From Candidatus Methylomirabilia bacterium (lineage in GTDB: Bacteria; Methylomirabilota; Methylomirabilia; Rokubacteriales; CSP1-6), in assembly GCA_041496385.1 (NCBI GenBank), contig JBGQEL010000120.1:1-13252 (forward strand): a stretch of DNA of 13,252 nt. The letters run 5' to 3'. Of this stretch, positions 1-7,464 are shown one piece after another. How positions within the stretch are numbered: the stretch's first letter is position 1; the number at the start of each line of letters is the position of its first letter. The notes under the pieces are model-generated. The model was not told where the DNA came from. It made no database searches and was given only the letters and a program-made list of their open reading frames with translations. The position numbers and the translations under genes are program-made.

Positions 1-48
1 GTCCGCGCCCAGTTGACGGAACGCCGATTTCCTGAAAGGGTGTGCGGC

Positions 49-1647
49 ATGCCGGCGCGCAGCGGAGCGGCCTACGTCGATTCCCTCAGAAAGAACGCCC
101 CCCGCGTGTTCCTGGGCGGCCGGCGCGTGGCCGACGTGACCGCCGAGCCCGTCTTCCGGGAGCCCATCCGCGCCGTCGCCGAGCAGTACGACATGCAGCT
201 CGACCCGGCCTACCGGGACGTCATGACGTACCCCTCGCCCACCACGGGCGAGCCCGTCTCCACCTCGTTCATGGTCCCGTATACGCGCGAGGACCTCGTG
301 CGCAAGCGCAAGCATTTCAAGCTGCGCGCCGACGCGAGCTTCGGGTTCATGGGCCGGTCGCCGGACTTCATGAACCAGTTCGTCACGGGCTGGCACCTCA
401 TGGCCGACCGGTTTGCCCGCGCGGGGGCGCGCTTCGGCGACAACGCCACGCGCTACTGGGCGCACGTGCGCGAGCGCGACCTCTTCCTGACGCATATGCT
501 GATCAACCCCCAGATCGACCGGTCGAAGACCTCCGCGCAACAGGAGGACCCGTACCTGCACCTGGGCCGCGTGCGCGAGACGCGCGAGGGCATCGTCGTG
601 CGCGGCGCCAAGATGCTCGGCACGATGGCGCCGATCACGGAGGAGGTGGCGGTGATCCCCTTCGGCGGCGTGCCCCCGGGCGACGACGCCTACGCGCTGG
701 CCTTCGGCATCCCGACCGCCACGCCGGGCCTCACCTTCATCTGCCGCGAGACGGTGGCCCCGCTGCCGCGCTCGCGCTTCGACCATCCGCTCTCGAGCCG
801 CTTCGAGGAGATGGACTGCATCGCGGTGTTCGAGGACGTGCTGGTGCCCTGGGACCGCGTGATGGTCGACGGCAGCCCCGGCAGCGGCGAGATCATCAAC
901 ACGCTCGGCGCCGACTTCGGGGCGCTCCTCAACGTGCAGACGGCCGCCCGCACGCTGAGCCAGCTCGAGTTCTTCTGCGGTCTGGCCATGCGGGTGGCGG
1001 ACGCCATCGGCATCACCGGCTTCCTGCACGTCCAGGAAAAGCTGGGCGAGATGCTGAGCCACATGGAGGTCGCGCGCGCCGTCTTCTACGGGTCGGAGGC
1101 GATGGCGCAGCGGATGCCGAACGGCGTCTGGGTGCCGGGCGGGCCCGGGCTGCGCGCGTTCCACCTGCAGACCGGCAAGGTCTATTCCCGGTTCGTCGAG
1201 ATCGTGCAGACGCTCGCGGCGGGCGGGTTCTTCTACGCGCCGAGCGAGGCCGACCTGGCCAATCCGGAGCTGCGGCCCCACATCGATCGCTACGTCCGCG
1301 GGCGCGCGGGCGTCCCGGCCGAAGAACGCATCGCGCTCTTCAAGCTGGCGTGGGACGCGACGGGCGAGGCGTTCGCCTCGCGCATGGCCCAGTACGTCCG
1401 CTTCTTCTCCGGCGATCCCATCCGCCTGACGGCGGGCTTCTACGCGCAGTACGACAAGGCCGAGCTGCTCGAGATCGTCGAGCGCGCGCTGGGGCGCCGC
1501 GACGACCGGCCCATCCCCCTCTCGCCCGACAACCCGGGCGCCCCTATCCCGTACCAGCCGGACACGCGCGGCATGGCCGGCACCTACGCCGCGACGTCGC
1601 TGCCGGCGCAGCGGGAGCCGCGGCCCCGAAAGGAGCGCGATGCGTAG
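49..1647 (+). CDS. 4-hydroxyphenylacetate 3-monooxygenase-family (HpaB/PvcC, group D flavin-dependent monooxygenase) oxygenase subunit, 532 aa; substrate uncertain
   Basis: Family motifs GRSPDF, THMLINPQIDRS, GIVVRGAKML, YALAFGIPTATPGLTFICRE, DHPLSSRFEEMD..VFEDVLVPWDRV and ERIALFKLAWD. ATG at 49 is preceded by GAAAGGG and is preferred over the TTG at 13. Confidence 0.9.
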   Translation: MPARSGAAYVDSLRKNAPRVFLGGRRVADVTAEPVFREPIRAVAEQYDMQLDPAYRDVMTYPSPTTGEPVSTSFMVPYTREDLVRKRKHFKLRADASFGFMGRSPDFMNQFVTGWHLMADRFARAGARFGDNATRYWAHVRERDLFLTHMLINPQIDRSKTSAQQEDPYLHLGRVRETREGIVVRGAKMLGTMAPITEEVAVIPFGGVPPGDDAYALAFGIPTATPGLTFICRETVAPLPRSRFDHPLSSRFEEMDCIAVFEDVLVPWDRVMVDGSPGSGEIINTLGADFGALLNVQTAARTLSQLEFFCGLAMRVADAIGITGFLHVQEKLGEMLSHMEVARAVFYGSEAMAQRMPNGVWVPGGPGLRAFHLQTGKVYSRFVEIVQTLAAGGFFYAPSEADLANPELRPHIDRYVRGRAGVPAEERIALFKLAWDATGEAFASRMAQYVRFFSGDPIRLTAGFYAQYDKAELLEIVERALGRRDDRPIPLSPDNPGAPIPYQPDTRGMAGTYAATSLPAQREPRPRKERDA

Positions 1648-2644
1648 CATCGACATCCACGCGCACGTGACGCCGCAGTGCTTCTGGCGGGCGACGGAGC
1701 GCGGCGGCGCCTGGCACACCATCACGCGGGAGAAGGACGCGCGCGGCGCGGAGTCGGCCGTCGTGGGCGGGCGGCGGCAGTCGCTCCCGCCGCGGGCGCG
1801 CTGGACGCCGGAGGAGCGTCTCGCCGACATGGACTCGCTCGGCGTGGACGTCCACGTCGTCTCGCCGTACGTCGGCTTCTACAACTACCACCTCGACACC
1901 ACGGTCGCCGTCGCGACCTCGCGCGCCACGAACGACGAGATCCGCGACATGGTCCGCGCCTGGCCCAAACGGTTCGCCGGGCTCGGCACCGTGCCCATGC
2001 AGGACGTGAAGTCCGCGATCGGCGAGCTGGAGCGCTGCATGACGCAGCTCGGCCTCAAGGGCGTCGAGATCAACGACCACGTCAACGGCCGTACCCTCGA
2101 CGAGCCAGAGTTCCGGCCCTTCTGGAAGGCCGCGGAGCAGATGGGCGCGCTGATCTTCTTCCACCAGGGCGGCGAGACGCTTGTGTCGCCCCGCACGAAG
2201 CGGTACCACCTGCCCAACTCGATCGGCAATCTCGTGGACCGCGCGGTGACGTTCGCGACGCTCGTGCACGGCGGCGTCATGGACGACCACCCCGACCTCA
2301 AGATCGTCCTCGGCCACGGCGGCGGCTACACCTGCTACGGCATCGGCCGCATGGACCACGGCTGGAAGGTGCGCTCGGAGGCGCGCGCGCACATCGCGCA
2401 GGCGCCGAGCGCCTACCTGCGACGCTTCTACTACGACTGCATCGTGTACACCGAGCCCGCCCTGCGCTACCTGATCGACACCGTGGGCGTCGATCGCGTC
2501 GTGTTCGGGACCGACTGGCCGTACGACATGGCGCTCGACTGGCCCGTGTCCTGGATCCTCGACATGAAGAGCCTCTCGCAGGACGAGAAGGAGGCGATCC
2601 TCTGGAAGAACCTGGAGCGGCTCCTGGCGTTCGACGCGGCGTGA
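1640..2644 (+). CDS. Amidohydrolase_2 family protein, ACMSD-like (putative non-oxidative decarboxylase/hydratase), 334 aa
   Basis: Metal-binding DIHAH, plus LKGVEI, FFHQ, LGHGGG, GRMDHGW and FGTDWPYDM. AAGGAG RBS. The start overlaps the upstream gene end by 8 nt. Confidence 0.88.
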   Translation: MRSIDIHAHVTPQCFWRATERGGAWHTITREKDARGAESAVVGGRRQSLPPRARWTPEERLADMDSLGVDVHVVSPYVGFYNYHLDTTVAVATSRATNDEIRDMVRAWPKRFAGLGTVPMQDVKSAIGELERCMTQLGLKGVEINDHVNGRTLDEPEFRPFWKAAEQMGALIFFHQGGETLVSPRTKRYHLPNSIGNLVDRAVTFATLVHGGVMDDHPDLKIVLGHGGGYTCYGIGRMDHGWKVRSEARAHIAQAPSAYLRRFYYDCIVYTEPALRYLIDTVGVDRVVFGTDWPYDMALDWPVSWILDMKSLSQDEKEAILWKNLERLLAFDAA

Positions 2645-3012
2645 GCCCGGCGCGTCCAGTCACGCTCGTGAGCTTCGACATCGACGGAACGCTCGAGGTG
2701 GGCGAGCCGCCCGGGATCATCACGATCCCGATGGTGCAGGATATCCAGCGCCGCGGCTGGGTGATCGGAAGCTGCTCCGATCGCCCCATATCGTACCAGT
2801 GCGAGATGTGGGCGCGGCTCGCTCTCGTCCCGGACTTCACGGTGCTCAAGCACCGGCTGGCCGACGTCAGGGAGCGCTTCGCCGCGCAGGCGTACTATCA
2901 CATCGGCGACACCGACCTCGACGACCACGTCGCCACGGGCGCCGGCTTCCGCTTCCTGCGGGCCGACCGGACGGCGCACGAGGCGTGGGGGCCGGAGCTG
3001 TTCGGCTGGTGA
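2641..3012 (+). CDS. Small HAD-superfamily hydrolase/phosphatase, 123 aa, probably capless
   Basis: C-terminal part of the 1678..3012 ORF. The GTG start forms a GTGA overlap with the previous stop. Motif I LVSFDIDGTL, motif II IGSCS, a Lys in LKH and motif IV HIGDTDLD. Confidence 0.85.
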   Translation: MSPARPVTLVSFDIDGTLEVGEPPGIITIPMVQDIQRRGWVIGSCSDRPISYQCEMWARLALVPDFTVLKHRLADVRERFAAQAYYHIGDTDLDDHVATGAGFRFLRADRTAHEAWGPELFGW

Positions 3013-3046
3013 CGGAGGGCCGGGCCTGACCCCGGGGAGGACGACG

Positions 3047-4174
3047 ATGGCTCGTACCGTGCGCGCGGCAGTGCTCGTCAAGCCCAAGACGCTCGAGGCG
3101 CGGGAGTTCGCGCGGCCGGCCATCGGCGCCGACGACGCCCTGCTCCGGATCGAGGCCTGCGGCATCTGCGGCAGCGACTACGAGCAGTACGAGGGCGCGC
3201 AGCCCCTCCACGAAGACTACACGCCGTACCCGGTCATCCCGGGGCACGAGCCGCTCGGCGTAATCGAGGAGATCGGCGCCCGCGCGCGCGCGCGCTGGAA
3301 TATCCGCGAGGGCGACCGCGTCGCCGTCCGCTCGGGCTACGGCTGCGGCCGCTGCGAGGCCTGCATGCGCTGGGAGCCGCGCGCCTGCCCCAAGCGCGGC
3401 GGCACCTACGGCTACACCGACGTCGGCAAGCCGCCCCACCTCTGGGGTGGCTACGCCGAGCACATGTACCTCTCGCCCTACTCGGTGCTCAAGAAGATGG
3501 ACCCGAAGATCCCCGCCGGCGTCGCCGTGATGTTCAATCCGCTGGCCGCCGGGCTCTCGTGGGCGAGCTCCGTCCCCCGCACGGGCCCCGGCGATCGCGT
3601 CGTCATCCTGGGCGCGGGCCAGCGGGGGCTCTGCTGCGTCATCGGCGCGCGCGCGGCGGGCGCGCGGCAGATCGTCGTCACCGGGCTCCACCGCGACGCG
3701 CAGAAGCTCGCGCTGGCGCGGGAGCTGGGCGCCGACGTCGCCCTCGACGTCGAGACGGACGACGTCGTGGCCCGCGTGCGCGACGCGACGGGCGGGGGCG
3801 CGGAGGTCGTCGTCGACACCACGCCCTACGCGCCGCAGTCGCTGAATCACGCGGTGGCGATCGCCGTTCGCAAGGGCCGCATCGTCGTCGCGGGCCTCAA
3901 GGGGCTCCGCCCCGCCCAGGAGTTCCCGGTGGACGACGTGATCTACAAAGAGCTCACCATCCGGGGCGTGCTGAGCATGCCGGTCGATGAGACCTTCCAG
4001 GCGATCGACATCATCGAGTCGGGCCGCTATCCCTTCGAGCGGATGCACACGCACTCGCTGCCGCTCGAGCAGGCCGAGGACGCCATCCACGCGCTGGCCG
4101 GCGGCATCCCCGGCCTGAATCCGATCCACCTCGCGATCGTGCCCGGCGCGCCCCGCGTGGCGCTCTTCGGCTGA
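3047..4174 (+). CDS. Zn-dependent medium-chain alcohol dehydrogenase (threonine/sorbitol dehydrogenase-like), 375 aa
   Basis: CGICGSD, IPGHE, structural-zinc CGRCEAC-x7-C and Rossmann motif ILGAGQRG. Strong GGAGG RBS. Confidence 0.9.
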   Translation: MARTVRAAVLVKPKTLEAREFARPAIGADDALLRIEACGICGSDYEQYEGAQPLHEDYTPYPVIPGHEPLGVIEEIGARARARWNIREGDRVAVRSGYGCGRCEACMRWEPRACPKRGGTYGYTDVGKPPHLWGGYAEHMYLSPYSVLKKMDPKIPAGVAVMFNPLAAGLSWASSVPRTGPGDRVVILGAGQRGLCCVIGARAAGARQIVVTGLHRDAQKLALARELGADVALDVETDDVVARVRDATGGGAEVVVDTTPYAPQSLNHAVAIAVRKGRIVVAGLKGLRPAQEFPVDDVIYKELTIRGVLSMPVDETFQAIDIIESGRYPFERMHTHSLPLEQAEDAIHALAGGIPGLNPIHLAIVPGAPRVALFG

Positions 4175-4177
4175 GGC

Positions 4178-5392
4178 TCACGCGGGCGCCGCGCCGATCG
4201 CGCGGAGCCGCCTGGACGCGAGCAGCGCCATGGCGTTCGCGGCCACCATGGCGCCGCCGACGAGGACGGCGAAGCGGGCGTCGACCGCGGCCGCCAGGAC
4301 CCCCGCCAGCAGGCCGCCGAGCGGCAGCAGGTTCCAGCAGAGCGAGTAGAGGCTCAGCACCCGGCCGCGCAGGTGATCGGGCACGTTCTGCTGGATGAAC
4401 GTGCTGACCTGCGTCAGGTAGAACGTGTTGGTGAAGCCAATCAGCAGCAGCACCGGCAGCGCCGCGCCCAGCGTGGGCGACCTCGAGAACGCCATCAGCC
4501 CCAGCCCCATGACGACGGCCGTGACGAGCAGCGCCCGGCCCGGGCGCCGGATGCGCTGCGCGATCGTGGCGATGGTGAGCGTGCCGACCAGCGCCCCGGC
4601 GCCGTGCGCGGCGCTCAGCACGCCGTAGCCCGTCGAGCCGGCCTCGAAGTACACGTCGGCGTAGATCGGCAGCAGCGTGACGTAGGAGAGCCCGAACACG
4701 GCGTTGAACAGCGCCAGGCAGATCAGGCTCGCGATGACGAAATCGCGCGCGACGAAGCCCACGCCCTCGGCGAGCTGGCGGAAGACGCGCCCGCCGCCCG
4801 GCGCCCGGGTCTCCGGCCTGACCTCGAGGCGGCTGTAGAGCACGAGCGCCAGGTACGAGGCGGCGGCCGCCAGCCCGAAGCCGACCGTGCCGCCGAAGGC
4901 CGCGATGAGGATGCCGGTGATCGACGGCCCGATCATCCGGCCCGCCTGCCACGGGATCGAGCCGAGCGCGATCGCGTTGGCGAGCCGCTCGCGGTCGACG
5001 AGCTGGGGGATCAGCGACAGCCGGCTCGGCTCGTCGAAGGCGCGGAAGACGCTGCTCAGCGCCGCCAGCGCGAGCAGGTGCTCGACGCGCGCGAGGCCGA
5101 GGATCGCCAGGACGAACGCGGCCGTCAGCGTGAGCGCGGTCAGGATCTGCGTGCCGATCAGCAGGCGGAGCCGGTCGGTGCGGTCGGCGAGCACGCCGCC
5201 GAAGAGCTGGAACACGACGAGCGGCACGCCCTGCGCCAGGCCCAGATAACCGAGGAAGAGCGGGTCGCGCGTCACCGCCCAGACCATCCAGGCGAAGGTG
5301 ACGTACTCGGCCCGGTGGCCCAGGACGTAGAAGACGAGCCCGAGCCAGTAGAAGCGGTAGTTCCGCGCCCTCAGCGCGGCGAAGGTCGACAA
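4178..5392 (-). CDS. MFS transporter (MFS_3/H+ antiporter-like), 404 aa
   Basis: Many hydrophobic helices, N-terminal FAALRARNYRFYW, motif-A-like GGVLADRTDRLRLL and C-terminal VPDHLRGRVLS. TTG start lies 6 nt after the upstream stop. Confidence 0.88.
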   Translation of the reverse strand: MSTFAALRARNYRFYWLGLVFYVLGHRAEYVTFAWMVWAVTRDPLFLGYLGLAQGVPLVVFQLFGGVLADRTDRLRLLIGTQILTALTLTAAFVLAILGLARVEHLLALAALSSVFRAFDEPSRLSLIPQLVDRERLANAIALGSIPWQAGRMIGPSITGILIAAFGGTVGFGLAAAASYLALVLYSRLEVRPETRAPGGGRVFRQLAEGVGFVARDFVIASLICLALFNAVFGLSYVTLLPIYADVYFEAGSTGYGVLSAAHGAGALVGTLTIATIAQRIRRPGRALLVTAVVMGLGLMAFSRSPTLGAALPVLLLIGFTNTFYLTQVSTFIQQNVPDHLRGRVLSLYSLCWNLLPLGGLLAGVLAAAVDARFAVLVGGAMVAANAMALLASRRLRAIGAAPA

Positions 5393-5398
5393 GCGCCG

Positions 5399-6517
5399 CT
5401 ATGCCAGGCCGTAGAACCCCTTCGCGCCCCCCGCCAGGATCTGGCGCTTCGTCTCGGCCGACAGCTCGGGTCGATCGGCGATCAGCTTCGGCGCGCCGGG
5501 GAAGAAGCCGTCGGGATGCGGATAGTCCGTCGCCCACAGGATCTTGTGCGGGCCGATGTAGTCGGCGAGCACGCTGAGGCTCCCCTCGACCGGCTCGAAC
5601 GAGATCCAGCAGTTGCGCCGGAACAGCTCGGTCGGGCGCATCGAGAGCCCCGAGTCGTTGAAACCCTGGTCGTCGAAGTGGCGGTCCATCCGGTCGAGCC
5701 AGGGCGCGATCCAGCCGCCGCCCGACTCCATGAAGCCGATGCGCACGCGCGGATGACGGTCGCACACGCCCTCCCAGATCACGCTCATCGCGGCGAGCAT
5801 CATCTCCAGCGTGTGCGAGATGATGTGCTTGGCGCCGCGCGTCGTGAAGCGGTCGACGCCCACCTGCGGCATGCCGCCGCTCGCGCCCTCGTGCAGGCCG
5901 ATGGCGAAGTCCAGCTCCTCCACTTCCGTCCAGAACGGCGCGTAGTCCGGATGGTGCAGCATGCGGCCGTTGTACGGATTGGGGCGCAGGAAGCCGGCGC
6001 GCATGCCGAGCTCTTTGCGCGCGAAGCGCATCTCCTCGATGGCGAGCTCGATCGACTGCATCGGGAGCATGGCCACGCCGAAGAGCCGGTCGGGATAGGG
6101 ACGGCAGTAGTCCGCGAGCCAGCGGTTGTAGGCGCGGCACATCGCCGCCGCGAGCCCGGGATCCTGGACGGCGCCGGCGAAGAGCCCGACGCTCGGATAG
6201 AGGAACGCGGCGTCGATGCCGTCGAGGTCCATGTCCGGGATCCGCGCGTGCGGGTCGAAGCCGCCGGGGCGTCCGTCGACGTACTTCATGCTGGCCTCGT
6301 CCACGGTGCCGTCGCGCGCGCCGATGGCGCCGATGACGCCGAACCCCTTCTGGCTCCCGAGCACCTGGCCCTCGATGAGCAGGCGCTCCTTGCCGTCGGT
6401 GTCCGCGACGAGCCGCGGCGCGCGGTCGCGGTAGGCCGGGTCGATGTAGCGATCCCAGATGTCCACCGGCTCGAGCACGTGACCGTCGGCGTCGATGATG
6501 TTGTACACGCGCGCCAT
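5399..6517 (-). CDS. Amidohydrolase_2 family metal-dependent hydrolase, 372 aa
   Basis: IIDADGHVLEP, DMDLDGIDAAFLYPS, RAYNRWLADYC, GLHEG, FMESGGGW and WATDYPHPD. GGGGAGG RBS. Confidence 0.9.
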   Translation of the reverse strand: MARVYNIIDADGHVLEPVDIWDRYIDPAYRDRAPRLVADTDGKERLLIEGQVLGSQKGFGVIGAIGARDGTVDEASMKYVDGRPGGFDPHARIPDMDLDGIDAAFLYPSVGLFAGAVQDPGLAAAMCRAYNRWLADYCRPYPDRLFGVAMLPMQSIELAIEEMRFARKELGMRAGFLRPNPYNGRMLHHPDYAPFWTEVEELDFAIGLHEGASGGMPQVGVDRFTTRGAKHIISHTLEMMLAAMSVIWEGVCDRHPRVRIGFMESGGGWIAPWLDRMDRHFDDQGFNDSGLSMRPTELFRRNCWISFEPVEGSLSVLADYIGPHKILWATDYPHPDGFFPGAPKLIADRPELSAETKRQILAGGAKGFYGLA

Positions 6518-6549
6518 GGCTCGCCTCCCCTTGGATTACCCTTCGAAGG

Positions 6550-7464
6550 TCAAGGTGCGCCGGCGGCCCGGCCGCGCACGGTGACGCCCGTCCACTGCTC
6601 GTACAGCTTGGTGACGGCCGCCATGTCGAGGTGGCCCAACCCCTCGGCGTGCGCGGCCTCGTAGACCTGGCGGACCGTCGACGCCACGAGCATCGGCATC
6701 TCGAGCTTGGCCGCGAGCGCGAGCGCCAGCGACAGGTCCTTGCGCGCGAGCCCGATGCCGAAGTACGGGGTGAAGTCGCCCGCGAGCACGTTGGGAAATC
6801 GCTTGAGGAAGTGATGGGAGCGCCCGCCGCTCGTCGACAGGATGTCGAAGAGGCGCTGTGGATCCATGCCCGCCTTCACGCCGAGCACCATGGCCTCCGC
6901 CGCCACCGCGACGTTGCCCATGGACATCACGTTGTTCACGATCTTGACGACCTGGCCCGAGCCGAGCGCGCCCACGTGGTGGATCTCGGTCCCCAGGGTC
7001 AGCAGCAGGGGCCGGCACCGCTCGAGCACGGCCGCGTCCCCGCCGACGATGAACACGAGCTTGCCGTTGCCCGCCTCGGCGGGACCGCCGCTCACGGGCG
7101 CATCCAGGCAGTCCACCGAGCGGGCGCGCGCGGCGACCGCCACCTCGCGCCACGTGTCCGGGTCGATGGTGCTCACGTCGACGAGCGTCGCCCCCTGCGG
7201 GACCTTGGAGAGGACGCCGTCCGCGCCGAGATAGGCGCGCCGCACGGTAGCCGGATCCGGCAGGCTCGACAGCACGACGTCCGCCGCCTCCGCGGCGCCG
7301 GCCGGGGACGCGGCCAGCGTGACCCCGCCCTCGCGCGCGCGGCGCGCGCGCTCCGCGTCCACGTCGTAACCCGAGACGGCATAACCGCTCCCGGCGAGCC
7401 GCCGCGCCATCTGCCCGCCCATCGTGCCAAGCCCCACGAACCCGATCCTCGGCTTCGTCGTCAC
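6550..7464 (-). CDS. NAD(P)-dependent beta-hydroxyacid dehydrogenase (3-hydroxyisobutyrate dehydrogenase/tartronate semialdehyde reductase family), 304 aa
   Basis: C-terminal half of the 6550..8514 ORF. GTG at 7464 forms a GTGA overlap with the upstream stop. Motifs IGFVGLGTMG, DVSTI, DAPVSGG, catalytic-Lys motif VKIVNN and KDL. Confidence 0.9.
   Translation of the reverse strand: MTTKPRIGFVGLGTMGGQMARRLAGSGYAVSGYDVDAERARRAREGGVTLAASPAGAAEAADVVLSSLPDPATVRRAYLGADGVLSKVPQGATLVDVSTIDPDTWREVAVAARARSVDCLDAPVSGGPAEAGNGKLVFIVGGDAAVLERCRPLLLTLGTEIHHVGALGSGQVVKIVNNVMSMGNVAVAAEAMVLGVKAGMDPQRLFDILSTSGGRSHHFLKRFPNVLAGDFTPYFGIGLARKDLSLALALAAKLEMPMLVASTVRQVYEAAHAEGLGHLDMAAVTKLYEQWTGVTVRGRAAGAP

Noticed and set aside
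13..48. TTGACG as a -35 box, or TTG start at 13
   Set aside because: No -10 element at suitable spacing. Family similarity and the RBS favour ATG 49.
4172..4180. TGAGGCTCA dyad at the convergent gene junction as a terminator
   Set aside because: Explained by two facing TGA stops 3 nt apart. No stable stem or U-tract.
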